This document shows positions 35,363 to 47,062 of a stretch of DNA of 55,753 bases, piece by piece (positions within the stretch are counted from its first letter, which is position 1; each line of letters opens with the position of its first letter). The translations under genes and the position numbers were made by a program. The notes under the pieces are model-generated. The model was not told where the DNA came from. It saw only the letters and a list, made by a program, of their open reading frames with translations, and did not search any database. This stretch comes from Bacillales bacterium. GTDB taxonomy: Bacteria > Bacillota > Bacilli > Bacillales > DSM-4216. The stretch lies in NCBI GenBank assembly GCA_014896555.1, contig JADBKC010000001.1:1-55753 (forward strand), in the 5' to 3' direction.

Positions 35363-35758
35363 ATGTCGGTTCGAAACGTAAAAGGAATTACATCCATTAG
35401 AAATACTTATGTGGAAAACGAAGAGAAAAAACAATATTTATTACAGCAGCAAAAAAAGAAACTGTATAGAAGATTGATCGCTTTTTCCTCCTTATTCTTA
35501 ATCATCACCATCCTTTTAGTTTCGACACTTATATCTCAAGCATCCCGTTTGGAAGAAAAACAGCGGCAAAAAGCAAAACTGGAACATTCGTTGACCAAGC
35601 TTGAAAAAAAACATGTTTTGCTGAAAGAAGAATTGGCAAAATTAAAGGATGATGACTATATTGCCAAGCTTGCCCGTGAAAAATATTTCTTATCGGATAA
35701 AGGTGAAATTATTTTTAATCTCCCTAAGGAGAAAAAGAAAGAAAAGGATGGGGAGTAG
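35363..35758 (+). CDS. divIC: Cell division protein DivIC (FtsB family)
   Basis: Single TM segment, coiled coil, L.DDDYIAKLAR..YFLS..GEIIF. Confidence 0.92.
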   Translation: MSVRNVKGITSIRNTYVENEEKKQYLLQQQKKKLYRRLIAFSSLFLIITILLVSTLISQASRLEEKQRQKAKLEHSLTKLEKKHVLLKEELAKLKDDDYIAKLAREKYFLSDKGEIIFNLPKEKKKEKDGE

Positions 35759-35763
35759 TCATA

Positions 35764-35791
35764 TTGACACTCTTTTTTTCCGATATATAAT
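35764..35791 (+). promoter_or_regulatory. sigma-A promoter of yabR
   Basis: TTGACA-N16-TATAAT. Confidence 0.7.
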
Positions 35792-35833
35792 ATAAGATAA
35801 GCTTGATATTTTTTAAGGAGGAACAATCTTTTT

Positions 35834-36262
35834 ATGTCAATTGAAGTAGGCAGCAAGTTACAAGGAAAAGTAACAGGCATCACTAATTTTGGAGCGTTTG
35901 TTGAATTGCCTGATGGCTCAACGGGCTTGGTGCACATTAGCGAGGTTGCCGATAATTATGTAAAGGATATCCACGATCATTTAAATGTCGGCGATCAAGT
36001 AGAAGTAAAAGTGCTCAACGTTGAGAATGATGGGAAAATAGGGTTATCGATCCGCAAGGCAAAAGACCAGCCCCAACATTCAAGCCATAATCATCATGGA
36101 AACCAGCGCCCACAGCGGTACAACAAAGGAAATGATCATCGTTCCAAAGAAAGTTTTGAGCAGAAGATGGCCCGCTTTTTAAAAGAAAGTGAAGATCGCC
36201 TGTCTTCTTTAAAACGCCATACTGAATCCCGACGCGGAGGCAGGGGGGCAAGAAGAGGCTAA
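35834..36262 (+). CDS. yabR: S1-domain RNA-binding protein YabR
   Basis: GKVTGITNFGAFV...GLVHISEV; FLKESEDRL...RGGRG tail. Confidence 0.95.
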   Translation: MSIEVGSKLQGKVTGITNFGAFVELPDGSTGLVHISEVADNYVKDIHDHLNVGDQVEVKVLNVENDGKIGLSIRKAKDQPQHSSHNHHGNQRPQRYNKGNDHRSKESFEQKMARFLKESEDRLSSLKRHTESRRGGRGARRG

Positions 36263-36605
36263 CTTGCTGTCTATTTCAAGCAGGGGCCATAAAAACTTTA
36301 TTTAGAGTAAACAGATTACCATAACGGGTTTTTAGCCTCATTTTATGATGAGGCGTTTACGTGTCATCTATTGAATCATTGAAAAAATGAATTTGGTGTT
36401 GTTTCAGTGAATATGGTTTTGAAAGTTATGGAGCCTTTTTTCAAGTGATTGCGGATACCCGTTCTAAATGAGAAGTGGAAAAGAGCTTGCAAAAAGGAAT
36501 GAAGCTCTTTTTTGGATAGAAATCATAACGACTATATTCATTTATGTTTGTTCAAATATATTCCTTATATAACGCTTTCATATGAGCCATTGCCTTTTTA
36601 TAGAC

Positions 36606-36655
36606 AAAAAGCCAAAGAGATTCATCCTTATAAGGATTAGACTCTTTGGCTTTTT
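36606..36655. terminator. Terminator downstream of tRNA-Met (bidirectional form)
   Basis: AAAAAGCCAAAGAG...CTCTTTGGCTTTTT. Confidence 0.8.
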
Positions 36656-36670
36656 CATTATATCAATCGA

Positions 36671-36744
36671 TAGCGGCGGAGGGAATCGAACCCCCGACCT
36701 CACGGGTATGAACCGTACGCTCTAGCCAGCTGAGCTACGCCGCC
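36671..36744 (-). tRNA. tRNA-Met (CAT), elongator type, CCA not encoded
   Basis: GGCGGCGTAGCTCAGCTGGCTAGAGCGTACGGTTCATACCCGTGAGGTCGGGGGTTCGATTCCCTCCGCCGCTA folds into a cloverleaf with a G1-U72 pair, CAT anticodon and TTCGA T-loop. Confidence 0.96.
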
Positions 36745-36772
36745 GCAGTATGCGATTTGAAACACAATGAAT

Positions 36773-36801
36773 ATATTAATGTTAACATCAAAAAATGTCA
36801 A
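36773..36801 (-). promoter_or_regulatory. sigma-A promoter of tRNA-Met
   Basis: Minus strand TTGACA-N17-TAATAT. Confidence 0.75.
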
Positions 36802-37083
36802 GAGGCAGAACAGAGGCTTTTCTAATTTTTCTTCTTGCCAATAAAATGAGGAGTTAGGATTGGTCAATTTCAACCGTAAAAGATCTTCTTTTTTTACGAC
36901 AAACATTTTACTAAAAAGATAAATCAATCCTATCGTAAGGGAAAAAGGGTGAAGTTTTTACAATTCCTTTGTTGTTCATTTACAAGTTTGGCTCTGTATT
37001 ACCTAAAACTCATGATCAATTTGTATCCTTTTTGAAGATCAGGCTGAAAATAGTCGAACTTTTCTTGAACGGGAACTGGTCAT

Positions 37084-37117
37084 TTTGACAAAGTTTTATG
37101 CTTGTCCCCTTTATAAT
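37084..37117 (+). promoter_or_regulatory. Spo0A-activated sigma-A promoter of spoIIE with over-long spacer
   Basis: TTGACA-N21-TATAAT; the -35 overlaps a 0A-box-like TTTGACA, the known architecture of PspoIIE. Confidence 0.75.
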
Positions 37118-37151
37118 GTCTTCAATAATATGAGATGGGGAGTGTTATTTG

Positions 37152-39632
37152 ATGGAAAGAGTGGAGCAAAACGTAATGGAGCCGGTAGGAAACGTCAGTC
37201 TGGAAGAAACAAAATTGGAAGTGACAAGAAGGTTTAGGAGATTCCTTTTTAAACTGGAATTGGCTATTCAACAAAAAGGAATGATGTTGTTTTTAATTGG
37301 TTTTCTGTTAGGAAGGGCGTTAATTTTATCCCATTTAACTCCGTTTGCTTTGCCGTTTTTTGCATCTGTTTTCATGATTCGGAGAGAACGGGCGCCGATT
37401 GTTTTTATTGGATTGTTATCGGGTGCTTTCACTTTATCAATAGAAAACTTAGTCTACACCTTTGCCGTCATCTCTTTGTTTTTAATTGCTTTTCGGCTGT
37501 CTAGACAATTTCGCAAAGAAGAATTAAATGCTTTGCCGTTCTTTGTGTTTTTTACGACTATAGCGGTTAAACTAGCTTTCACCTATATCAATCAGCATCA
37601 AACGTTAAGCCTCTATGATGGCCTTATGGCACTGATTGAGGCGGGCATGACGTTTATCCTTACTTTAATTTTTATGCAAAGCATTCCCTTATTATCCATT
37701 CACAAACGAAAAACTTCATTAAAAACAGAAGAAATTGTCAGCCTCATCATTTTATTAGCATCGATTTTGACTGGAACCATTGGTTGGAAATTATATGGAT
37801 TATCTGTTGAACATATTTTTTCCCGTTATTTGGTGCTGTTATTCGCATACGTTGCAGGTGCTACCGTGGGATCAACTGTGGGAGTCGTTACGGGGTTAAT
37901 TTTCAGCTTGGCTAACGTTTCAAGCTTTTATCAAATGAGTTTATTGGCTTTTGGCGGATTGCTTGGCGGTCTTCTGAAAGAAGGAAAAAAATTCGGCACT
38001 GCTGCCGGGATGCTAGTGGCTACGTTGATGATTGGGATGTACGGGGAGGAAAATATTTCTTTAATTCCTACCCTTTATGAAACATTGGCTGCTACTGTGC
38101 TGCTCTTTTTAACGCCTAGAAATTTAACAGATCGAGTCGCAAAGCATATTCCCGGCACTCCGGAGCATTCTCATCACCAACAGCAGTTTTTGAAAAAGAT
38201 CCGTGATGTGACGGCGAACCGAGTGGAGCAATTTTCTTCTGTCTTTCAGGCTCTATCCAAAAGTTTTGCTCAATCCGGCCTGTTTCATGAAGAAACATCG
38301 GAAGAGCGCGAGTTGGATTTTTTTCTAAGCAATGTTACAGAAAAGACTTGTCAGACTTGTTTTAAAAAAGAGCAATGCTGGACAAAAAATTTTCATAAAA
38401 CGTACGAATTAATGAGAGAGGCGTCAATGGATTTGGAGGAAGGAATGTTGTCCAGCTCTGTAGCAAGAGACATGGAAAAGCATTGTGTACGGTCCAAACG
38501 TGTTCAAGAGGTGATTCAGCAAGAGCTCACTCATTTTCAGGCGAATCAGAAGTTAAAGCAGCAAGTTCAGGAAAGCCGGAAGCTTGTCGCCGATCAATTA
38601 TTGGGCGTCTCTAAGGTAATGGACGATTTTGCGAAAGAGATACAGAAAGAGCGTGAAAATCACCATCACCAGGAGGAGCAAATTCACGAAGCTCTTCAAT
38701 CTTTTGGACTGGAAGTGGAAAAGATTGATATTTACAGCCTCCAAAAAGGAAATGTAGATATTGATATGGTCTTTCCTTATATGGGCGGTCATGGTGAATG
38801 CGAAAAACTGATAGCACCAATGCTTTCGGATATTTTAGGAGAAACCATTTTGGTTCAAAATGAAGAATATACTGGATTTCCAGGAGGCTATTGTTATGCG
38901 ACTTTTCGTTCGGCAAAAGCATTTGTGGTGGAAACAGGGGTTGCCTTTGCGGCCAAGGGAGGAGGTTTGGTTTCAGGGGACTGTTATTCAACAATCGACT
39001 TAGGAGTCGGCAAATTTGCAGTGGCCATCAGCGACGGAATGGGAAATGGCATAAGAGCACATCACGAAAGCAATGAAACATTAAATCTTTTGCAGAAAAT
39101 TCTCCAATCTGGAATTGATGAAAAGATAGCGATTAAGTCTGTCAATTCTGTCCTGTCTTTGAGAACAACAGATGAAATCTTTTCAACGTTGGATTTGTCG
39201 ATTATCGATTTGCAAAACGCCACTGCAAAATTTTTGAAAATTGGGTCATCTCCAAGTTTTATTAAAAGAGGGAGCAAAATTATGAAAATCGAAGCAGGCA
39301 ATTTGCCGATGGGTATCTTGCAGGAGGTGGATGTGGATATCGTCTCTGAACAGCTAAAAGCGGGAGATTTGCTCATTATGATGAGCGACGGTGTTTTTGA
39401 AGGAGCTAAGAATGTGGAAAACCATGATTTGTGGATGAAAAGAAAAATTGGTGAAATTGAAACAAACGATCCTCAAGAAGTAGCGGATTTAATTATGGAA
39501 AAAGTCATTCGGGCAGGGGGCGGCGGCATTGAAGATGATATGACAGTCGTCGTTACAAAGATCGAACATAACATGCCCAAATGGGCCGCTATTCCTGTAA
39601 CCAAATTGAAAAAGAAGAAGAACGTTTCATGA
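37152..39632 (+). CDS. spoIIE: Stage II sporulation protein E (PP2C phosphatase)
   Basis: Multi-TM N-terminus, CQTC..KEQCW, SGD, ISDGMGNG, MSDG, EDDMTVVV. Confidence 0.97.
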   Translation: MERVEQNVMEPVGNVSLEETKLEVTRRFRRFLFKLELAIQQKGMMLFLIGFLLGRALILSHLTPFALPFFASVFMIRRERAPIVFIGLLSGAFTLSIENLVYTFAVISLFLIAFRLSRQFRKEELNALPFFVFFTTIAVKLAFTYINQHQTLSLYDGLMALIEAGMTFILTLIFMQSIPLLSIHKRKTSLKTEEIVSLIILLASILTGTIGWKLYGLSVEHIFSRYLVLLFAYVAGATVGSTVGVVTGLIFSLANVSSFYQMSLLAFGGLLGGLLKEGKKFGTAAGMLVATLMIGMYGEENISLIPTLYETLAATVLLFLTPRNLTDRVAKHIPGTPEHSHHQQQFLKKIRDVTANRVEQFSSVFQALSKSFAQSGLFHEETSEERELDFFLSNVTEKTCQTCFKKEQCWTKNFHKTYELMREASMDLEEGMLSSSVARDMEKHCVRSKRVQEVIQQELTHFQANQKLKQQVQESRKLVADQLLGVSKVMDDFAKEIQKERENHHHQEEQIHEALQSFGLEVEKIDIYSLQKGNVDIDMVFPYMGGHGECEKLIAPMLSDILGETILVQNEEYTGFPGGYCYATFRSAKAFVVETGVAFAAKGGGLVSGDCYSTIDLGVGKFAVAISDGMGNGIRAHHESNETLNLLQKILQSGIDEKIAIKSVNSVLSLRTTDEIFSTLDLSIIDLQNATAKFLKIGSSPSFIKRGSKIMKIEAGNLPMGILQEVDVDIVSEQLKAGDLLIMMSDGVFEGAKNVENHDLWMKRKIGEIETNDPQEVADLIMEKVIRAGGGGIEDDMTVVVTKIEHNMPKWAAIPVTKLKKKKNVS

Positions 39633-39646
39633 CTTTTTCCTAAAAT

Positions 39647-39676
39647 GTATAATACCCCCTCTAATTGGAAAAAATA
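39647..39676 (+). promoter_or_regulatory. sigma-F promoter of yabS-yabT
   Basis: GTATA-N15-GGAAAAAATA. Confidence 0.6.
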
Positions 39677-39707
39677 GTGATAATAGTGCAAGATTGGAGG
39701 GGACATA

Positions 39708-40442
39708 ATGAAAACAGGTACGCTGCGCCAAATTTTGCTGATTACAGATGGCTGTTCCAATTACGGAGAAGACCCAATTGCGATGGCGGCTCTTTCAAAC
39801 GAGCAAGGGATTACAGTCAATGTTATTGGTGTGTTGACGAACGATGCGATGGATGATAGGGGAATGAAAGAAATTGAGGGAATTGCTAAATCAGGCGGCG
39901 GGGTCAGCCAAATTGTATATGCTACGCAGTTATCGCAAACGGTTCAGATGGTGACGCGTCAAGCGATGACGCAAACTTTGCAGGGATTGGTGAATCAAGA
40001 ATTGAAACATATATTGAACAGGGATATTTCCATGGAAGAACTTCCTCCCGAAAAACGCGGAGAGGTAATGGAAGTGGTAGAGGACCTTGGTGAAAAGGCC
40101 AATTTAGAAGTATTGATATTAGTAGATACTAGCGCGAGCATGAAAGAGAAACTGCCGATCGTGAAGGAAGCTCTATTAGATCTTTCTTTAAGCATGAATG
40201 CAAGAATGGGAAATAACTTGTTTTCTGTCTATATATTTCCCGGGAAACGAAGGGAGGTTGAAAGGATTCTGGATTGGACTCCTAAGATGGAATCACTCAC
40301 CAGCATCTTTTCAAAACTGAATCCGGGCGGAGTGACCCCGACTGGACCGGCCATTCGGGAAGCATTAGGGCAATTTGTGAAAAAACGTTCGGCAAGGGGT
40401 TTGCTGTCAAGTGATGATGAATTCTTTGAAGAATCCGTTTAA
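39708..40442 (+). CDS. yabS: VWA-domain protein YabS
   Basis: QILLITDGCSN, LVDTSASM, TPTGPAI. Confidence 0.92.
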   Translation: MKTGTLRQILLITDGCSNYGEDPIAMAALSNEQGITVNVIGVLTNDAMDDRGMKEIEGIAKSGGGVSQIVYATQLSQTVQMVTRQAMTQTLQGLVNQELKHILNRDISMEELPPEKRGEVMEVVEDLGEKANLEVLILVDTSASMKEKLPIVKEALLDLSLSMNARMGNNLFSVYIFPGKRREVERILDWTPKMESLTSIFSKLNPGGVTPTGPAIREALGQFVKKRSARGLLSSDDEFFEESV

Positions 40443-41403
40443 TTTTCCAAAAGGTACAGTCATTAAGGGAAAATGGAATCAAAAAATGTATGTTCTGTTA
40501 AAAGAACTTGGATACGGCGCAAACGGAACGGTTTATCTAGTTCAAAATGAAAATGGGTATGCTGCTTTAAAAATGAGCAAAAACAGCATGTCCATCATAT
40601 CAGAGGTAAATGTTCTAAAGTCTTTTCGAAAGGTCCAAGGGTCTTCCCTAGGGCCTTCTTTGTTAGATGTGGATGATTGGATCATAAAAGGATCGACCAT
40701 CCCTTTTTATGTGATGGAGTATATACAAGGCCCCAATCTTCTTGATTTTATTAAGCAAAAAGGACCTTCCTGGATTGGGATTCTGCTCAGTCAATTATTA
40801 AGGGATTTAGAATTGCTGCATGAACAAGGATGGGTGTTCGGAGATTTAAAACCTGAAAATCTAATTGTTGCCGGTCCTCCTTATCGCATTCGCTGTATAG
40901 ATGTGGGCGGGGCTACCATCCAAGGAAGGGCTATAAAAGAGTTTACGGAATTTTTTGATAGAGGCTATTGGGGAATGGGAAATAGAAAAGCTGAACCGTC
41001 GTATGACCTTTTTTCGGTTGCTATGATTGCTTTAAATCTTGCTTATTTAAGAAAATTTGAGAAGCGGGAAAATTTTCAAGCGGAAATTGTGCAAATGATG
41101 AAGAAAAAACCGGAATTACAGTTGATGAAACCTGTATTGCTCAAGGCTGTTCGCGGGCATTATTCTTCTGCTAAAGAAATGAGAAAAGAATTACTGACAG
41201 CCTTATCATTGCCAGCCGTTCAGAAAAAGTCTGAAAAATACGGATATCCGGACAATTCGGCAGGGAAGTCTGCGGCAAAACCATTTCCGTCCAGAAAAAC
41301 CATCCATAAAAAGAAAAAGAATCGGAGGCTGCTTGAAACTCTTTTGATCATTGTCAGTCTGTCCTTCCTTTATTTTGTCTACTTGTATTTCCAGTTGATC
41401 TAA
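40411..41403 (+). CDS. yabT: Ser/Thr protein kinase YabT
   Basis: LGYGANGTVY, ALK, FGDLKPENL, basic region then C-terminal TM segment. Confidence 0.93.
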   Translation: MMMNSLKNPFNFPKGTVIKGKWNQKMYVLLKELGYGANGTVYLVQNENGYAALKMSKNSMSIISEVNVLKSFRKVQGSSLGPSLLDVDDWIIKGSTIPFYVMEYIQGPNLLDFIKQKGPSWIGILLSQLLRDLELLHEQGWVFGDLKPENLIVAGPPYRIRCIDVGGATIQGRAIKEFTEFFDRGYWGMGNRKAEPSYDLFSVAMIALNLAYLRKFEKRENFQAEIVQMMKKKPELQLMKPVLLKAVRGHYSSAKEMRKELLTALSLPAVQKKSEKYGYPDNSAGKSAAKPFPSRKTIHKKKKNRRLLETLLIIVSLSFLYFVYLYFQLI

Positions 41404-41787
41404 ATCAAGTGTCATACGTTCGTTATTGAAAATAAGTTTAAAATGTAAACTTTTTTGTGATAAATAAGGTTAAATGATACTATTATAAGTAAATAAAAAA
41501 TCAACTTGAACAGGTGATTTTTGGCTTCATTGAGGGAGATTTTGGAGGAATGCGATTAAACTGAACATATGCCCAAGCCCCATTTGTTTTTTAAGACGAC
41601 AAAAGCAGTGCCTAGACTTGGGGTCAGTCGTTCACTGCTTGCGTGAAAAAAGGCTGCAATGCGTTTGCCTTCACCTCCATCTATACTTTATTGGGAACGT
41701 TTATGAATGAACAGAAAAATGGTTTTCGTTCCGAATATCTCTCATGGTGAGACCTTCGCCTGCTTTCAAGATAAAGGATGAATTGCA

Positions 41788-43203
41788 ATGCTGGAGTATG
41801 AAGAAAAGGTCAGACAGTTTATAGAGAGACATCAATTGATTGATAAGAGGGATCAAATAGTCGTTGGGGTATCGGGCGGCCCTGATTCATTATCATTATT
41901 GCATTATTTGGCGAAAAGACGAGAATTTTATGAAATTGATCTGTTTGCCGTTCACCTTGACCACATGTTTCGCGGGCAGGAATCGTATGAAGAACTTCTG
42001 TTTGTTGAAGAATTTTGCAAAGACTTTCATATTCCGTGCTTAGCCAAACAGATCAACGTTAGTGAAATCATTCGCGATCATGGAACAGGGCTTCAAGAAA
42101 ACGCTAGAATGGTACGCTATCAAGTTTATCAACAGGCAATGGCCCAGTTTGCAGCTAATAAATTGGCGCTTGCCCATCATGGGGATGACCAAGTAGAAAC
42201 AATTTTAATGCGTTTGACAAGAGGAACATCTGGAAAAGGACGGTCAGGAATTCCTTATTTGAGGCCTTTCCACAATGGGTGGATTATCCGACCATTGTTA
42301 GGTTTAAATAAAGAGGAGATTTTAGCATACTGTGATTATTACAAGCTGAATCCTCGAATCGATCCCAGTAATTCAAAAGGCACTTATACACGCAATCGTT
42401 TTCGTCTTGAGGTACTCCCATTTTTGAAAACAGAAAATCCGAAAGTTCATGAACATTTTCAGACATTTAGCGAGGAACTGCTGGAAGATGAACATTATTT
42501 GCTAAAATTGACATATGAAAGAATGGAAGCCGTATGGGGACACAAAAACGGCGGAATTTCCATGGATGTTGAAGAGTTTCTAAAAATGCCTTTGCCTTTA
42601 CAAAGAAGAGGGATTCATCTAATATTAAACTATCTTTATAAGAATAAAACCTCATTTACAAATGTACATATTCGTCAAATTATGCAACTCATCCAACATC
42701 TCCATCCATCTGGAAGGCTTGATCTTCCAGATGGATTGAAAGTGATTCGTAATTATCAGGAATGCTTTTTTGGCTTCATAAAGGATGAAAGCGAAGAATA
42801 TTCATATGAATTAAAGTCGGAAGGAAAAGTTGTCCTTCCGAATGGCGACCAATTGATCCTTACCAAAAGGAAGAACGAAGGGAAATTTCCAACAAAAGAT
42901 GATCAATTTTGCCTGGATCGAGAGAAAGTTGAAATGCCGCTGACGATCCGTACAAGAAAACCGGGAGACCGTATCGCATTAAAAGGGATGGATGGTTTAA
43001 AAAAGGTGAAAAAGCTTTTTATTGACTTGAAAGTACCACGCTCTTCTCGTGATGAATGGCCGATTGTGGTTGATTCAAAAGGAAAGGTTTTATGGATCCC
43101 AGGTCTTAGAAAATCGATCTTTGAAAAAGACAACGAAAATGAGAATGACGATATTTTAATTTATATTAAGCAAACATCATCTAGGGGGCAAACAAAGTGC
43201 TGA
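41788..43203 (+). CDS. tilS: tRNA(Ile)-lysidine synthetase
   Basis: VSGGPDS PP-loop, AHH.DDQ.ET, IRPLL, DPSN, RNRFR. Confidence 0.97.
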   Translation: MLEYEEKVRQFIERHQLIDKRDQIVVGVSGGPDSLSLLHYLAKRREFYEIDLFAVHLDHMFRGQESYEELLFVEEFCKDFHIPCLAKQINVSEIIRDHGTGLQENARMVRYQVYQQAMAQFAANKLALAHHGDDQVETILMRLTRGTSGKGRSGIPYLRPFHNGWIIRPLLGLNKEEILAYCDYYKLNPRIDPSNSKGTYTRNRFRLEVLPFLKTENPKVHEHFQTFSEELLEDEHYLLKLTYERMEAVWGHKNGGISMDVEEFLKMPLPLQRRGIHLILNYLYKNKTSFTNVHIRQIMQLIQHLHPSGRLDLPDGLKVIRNYQECFFGFIKDESEEYSYELKSEGKVVLPNGDQLILTKRKNEGKFPTKDDQFCLDREKVEMPLTIRTRKPGDRIALKGMDGLKKVKKLFIDLKVPRSSRDEWPIVVDSKGKVLWIPGLRKSIFEKDNENENDDILIYIKQTSSRGQTKC

Positions 43204-43751
43204 ATCAGGATATGGAAAAAGTTTTAATCACTGAAGATGAGATTCAAGAAAAAATTAAAGAATTGGCTTCCTGTTTGACAGAAGAGTACAAGGACAAGTT
43301 TCCGCTGGTGATCGGCGTTTTGAAAGGAGCCATGCCATTTATGGCGGATTTGTTAAAACGTGTGGATGCCTATTTGGAAATGGATTTTATGGATGTTTCC
43401 AGCTATGGCAATTCCACCGTTTCATCCGGGGAAGTGAAAATTGTGAAGGACCTTGATACTTCTGTCGAGGGACGGGACATACTAATCGTTGAAGATATCA
43501 TCGACAGTGGGTTGACTTTAAGCTATTTAGTCGAGCTATTCCGTTATCGGAAGGCAAATTCGATCAAAATAGTAACTCTTTTAGATAAACCGACAGGGCG
43601 CAAGGCGGATATTGAAGCAGATTATGTTGGCTTTATCGTTCCAGATGAATTTGTGGTTGGCTACGGTTTGGACTATGCTGAAAAATACCGAAATTTACCT
43701 TTCATCGGGGTTTTAAAACCAGAAATTTATAGCAATAATGAAAGCAAATAG
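43197..43751 (+). CDS. hpt: Hypoxanthine phosphoribosyltransferase
   Basis: [25 protein letters not shown]. Confidence 0.97.
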   Translation: MLNQDMEKVLITEDEIQEKIKELASCLTEEYKDKFPLVIGVLKGAMPFMADLLKRVDAYLEMDFMDVSSYGNSTVSSGEVKIVKDLDTSVEGRDILIVEDIIDSGLTLSYLVELFRYRKANSIKIVTLLDKPTGRKADIEADYVGFIVPDEFVVGYGLDYAEKYRNLPFIGVLKPEIYSNNESK

Positions 43752-43868
43752 GTAAAGTAGGTTGCGTGAAATGAAAAAACAAATTCAAGGGATGATTATT
43801 GTTTGTAACACTCAGATTCAATATGATACTATTGTATATAGTTTTTTGATGGTGGGAGGAGGTAAGGG

Positions 43869-45884
43869 ATGAATCGCATTTTTCGCTATACCATATTTTA
43901 CTTGCTGGTCTTTTTAGTGATTATTGGCGTTGTTGGTTATTTTAATAATAACAACCAGCCAACTAAAAATATAACGTATAACGAGTTTATATCTCACTTG
44001 GAAAATAATGATGTAAAGTCTTTTTCTATGCAGCCTGAGCGAGGCGTTTACGAGGTCCGTGGGCAGTTAAAAGGAGATGAAGGCAATTATTTTCAAACGT
44101 ATGTCATGAACAGCGACACGCTTCTTAACCGAATCGATAATGCTGCGAAGAACGCCAGAGTGGAAGTGCTGCCTGCTAAGGAAACTAGCGGTTGGGTCTC
44201 CTTATTTACTACAATTATTCCATTTTTGATTATCTTTATACTATTTTTCTTCTTACTAAACCAAGCGCAGGGCGGTGGAAGTCGTGTCATGAACTTCGGA
44301 AAAAGCAAAGCCCGGTTGTATAACGATGAGAAGAAAAAAGTGCGTTTTCGGGATGTGGCCGGTGCCGACGAGGAAAAGCAGGAACTAGTTGAAATTGTTG
44401 AATTCCTGAAAGATCCGCGCAAATTTTCCGAACTAGGAGCCCGTATTCCGAAAGGTGTTCTTTTAGTCGGACCTCCAGGAACAGGGAAAACTTTACTTGC
44501 TCGCGCTGTAGCCGGCGAAGCGGGTGTTCCGTTTTTCTCCATTAGCGGTTCCGATTTTGTGGAAATGTTTGTTGGGGTCGGTGCCTCTCGTGTCCGGGAT
44601 TTATTTGAGACCGCCAAAAAGAATGCCCCCTGTATTATTTTTATAGATGAAATTGATGCAGTTGGCCGTCAGCGTGGTGCAGGCCTTGGCGGCGGACATG
44701 ACGAAAGAGAGCAAACATTAAACCAATTGCTCGTTGAAATGGATGGATTTAGCGCAAATGAAGGGATTATTATCATTGCAGCAACAAACCGTCCAGATAT
44801 TCTCGACCCGGCATTATTGCGTCCGGGACGTTTCGACCGTCAAATCACAGTAGATCGTCCTGATGTGAATGGAAGAGAAGCTGTTCTTCGAGTCCACGCC
44901 CGCAATAAACCTTTAGACGATTCTGTAGATTTAAAGGCGATTGCGCAAAGAACTCCTGGTTTTTCAGGAGCAGATTTGGAAAACTTGTTAAACGAAGCGG
45001 CACTTGTTGCGGCTCGTGCAAACAAGAAAAAAATTGATATGTCCGATATTGATGAGGCAACAGATCGTGTCATTGCTGGACCGGCAAAACGCAGCAAAGT
45101 GATTTCAGAAAAAGAAAGAAGAATCGTTGCTTTCCACGAGGCAGGGCATACAGTGATAGGACTAGTATTGGATGATGCAGAAATGGTTCATAAAGTAACG
45201 ATTGTCCCACGCGGTCAAGCTGGTGGATATGCTGTTATGCTTCCAAAAGAAGATCGTTATTTTATGACAAAACCAGAACTGCTTGATAAGATTACAGGTT
45301 TGCTTGGAGGTCGTGTATCGGAAGAGCTTACTTTTGGAGAAGTGTCGACAGGAGCTCATAACGATTTCCAGCGCGCTACAAGCATCGCTCGTAGAATGGT
45401 AACCGAATTTGGAATGAGCGATAAATTGGGTCCACTTCAGTTTGGACAGACACAAGGCCAGGTATTCCTTGGACGTGATTTAAACAGCGAACAAAATTAT
45501 TCAGATGCAATCGCTTACGAAATTGATCTTGAAATTCAGCGCATTATTAAAGAATGTTATGAGCGTGCTAAAAAAATTCTCACTGAAAATCAAGATAAAG
45601 TAAAATTGATTGCAACAACTTTGTTGGAAGTAGAAACGTTGGATGCAGCTCAAATTAAACATTTAGTGGATCACGGCACTTTACCGGATCGCTCCGCTTC
45701 ATCTGACAAAAAAGCAGCAAATAATAGCAGCGCAAATGATAATGTGAAGGTAAACATTCAAAGAAAAGAAGTATCTCAAACGGAAGAATCGAATCAAGGC
45801 GATTCAACAGCTCAGAGTGATATGGATTCGAATTCTAATAAAAATACCCCAAATTCAGGGGACAATGGTGACAAAACAGTTTAA
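43869..45884 (+). CDS. ftsH: ATP-dependent zinc metalloprotease FtsH
   Basis: Two TM segments, [27 protein letters not shown]. Confidence 0.98.
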   Translation: MNRIFRYTIFYLLVFLVIIGVVGYFNNNNQPTKNITYNEFISHLENNDVKSFSMQPERGVYEVRGQLKGDEGNYFQTYVMNSDTLLNRIDNAAKNARVEVLPAKETSGWVSLFTTIIPFLIIFILFFFLLNQAQGGGSRVMNFGKSKARLYNDEKKKVRFRDVAGADEEKQELVEIVEFLKDPRKFSELGARIPKGVLLVGPPGTGKTLLARAVAGEAGVPFFSISGSDFVEMFVGVGASRVRDLFETAKKNAPCIIFIDEIDAVGRQRGAGLGGGHDEREQTLNQLLVEMDGFSANEGIIIIAATNRPDILDPALLRPGRFDRQITVDRPDVNGREAVLRVHARNKPLDDSVDLKAIAQRTPGFSGADLENLLNEAALVAARANKKKIDMSDIDEATDRVIAGPAKRSKVISEKERRIVAFHEAGHTVIGLVLDDAEMVHKVTIVPRGQAGGYAVMLPKEDRYFMTKPELLDKITGLLGGRVSEELTFGEVSTGAHNDFQRATSIARRMVTEFGMSDKLGPLQFGQTQGQVFLGRDLNSEQNYSDAIAYEIDLEIQRIIKECYERAKKILTENQDKVKLIATTLLEVETLDAAQIKHLVDHGTLPDRSASSDKKAANNSSANDNVKVNIQRKEVSQTEESNQGDSTAQSDMDSNSNKNTPNSGDNGDKTV

Positions 45885-45964
45885 ATAAGGCAAACCCTTT
45901 ACGAGGAGAAAGTACAAATTGCTTGAATGCGTTTATTGCAAACAGCAAGGCGACAATGATGTAA

Positions 45965-46016
45965 AGCCTCCCGGATATCATGGCTGTGACAGCTTTGATG
46001 CCGGGAGGCTATTTTT
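45965..46016 (+). terminator. ftsH terminator
   Basis: AGCCTCCCGG...CCGGGAGGCT-ATTTTT. Confidence 0.65.
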
Positions 46017-46278
46017 AGAATGAAGCAACAGTAAGGTTCCAGGAATACAGATTGGAAAAGTGATGAGCGGGTCATTAGCGGCTTTTTGCGAGTTGGAATG
46101 GTTGGAAAATTGAAAGTGGCCATGACACCGTATATATAGATGAGCATGGATTTCACCAAGTTGGTTTTGGTCGTGATGTACGGAAACTTTTCAGCAGGAG
46201 CCAATCTTTACGAAATTCGGATATTCTGTGATATGATGTTGACAAGTAATTTTATGATTAATATGTGTGGTGAGTGGG

Positions 46279-47046
46279 TTGATTTTTGTATTGGATGTTG
46301 GAAATACTAATACTGTATTAGGGGTATATGAAAAAGACGAATTAAAATATCATTGGCGTATCGAAACGAACAGAAGCAAAACAGAAGATGAATATGGTAT
46401 GCTGGTTAAATCTCTCTTTGAACATGTGGGGATTCGTTTTGAGGATATTCATGGCATTATCATTTCATCGGTAGTCCCTCCTATTATGTTTTCCTTGGAG
46501 AGAATGTGTAAAAAGTATTTTCATGTAAGCCCGCTGGTCGTAGGCCCAGGAATTAAAACGGGGCTGGATATTAAATACGAAAATCCTCGCGAAGTGGGAG
46601 CGGATCGAATTGTAAATGCTGTTGCCGGGATACACGAATATGGAAGCCCGTTAATTATCGTCGATTTTGGTACAGCAACTACTTATTGTTATATCAATGA
46701 AAAGGAACAGTATATGGGAGGAGCTATTGCCCCAGGCATCAGTATTTCCACGGAAGCTTTATATTCTCGGGCATCAAAATTGCCCCGGATTGAGATTGCG
46801 GCACCCGACCATATTATCGGAAAAAATACAGTTGCAGCCATGCAGTCTGGGATTGTATATGGGTATGTAGGACAGGTGGATGGCATAGTCAGACGAATGA
46901 AAGCATATAGCAAGATTGAGCCAAAAGTGATTGCTACCGGAGGATTAGCTTCGCTGATTGCTAACGAGTCGGAAACCATCGATTTCGTCGATCCGTTTTT
47001 AACATTAAAAGGATTGAGACTCATTTATAAACGGAACATGGAATAA
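46279..47046 (+). CDS. coaX: Type III pantothenate kinase
   Basis: [26 protein letters not shown]; TTG start inferred. Confidence 0.96.
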   Translation: MIFVLDVGNTNTVLGVYEKDELKYHWRIETNRSKTEDEYGMLVKSLFEHVGIRFEDIHGIIISSVVPPIMFSLERMCKKYFHVSPLVVGPGIKTGLDIKYENPREVGADRIVNAVAGIHEYGSPLIIVDFGTATTYCYINEKEQYMGGAIAPGISISTEALYSRASKLPRIEIAAPDHIIGKNTVAAMQSGIVYGYVGQVDGIVRRMKAYSKIEPKVIATGGLASLIANESETIDFVDPFLTLKGLRLIYKRNME

Positions 47047-47062
47047 GAGAAAGGAGAAACCT

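Noticed and set aside
36671-36744. tRNA-Ile2 (TilS substrate) or initiator tRNA-fMet
   Set aside because: G1-U72 pair, G4-C69/G5-C68 and no run of three G-C pairs of the fMet type in the anticodon stem indicate elongator Met
36700-36927. 75-aa minus-strand ORF
   Set aside because: Runs through the tRNA-Met gene and its promoter (GGVAQLARAYGSYP is translated tRNA)
45700-45884. Ser/Asn/Asp-rich FtsH tail as a novel domain
   Set aside because: Variable low-complexity C-terminal tails are normal in Bacillus FtsH
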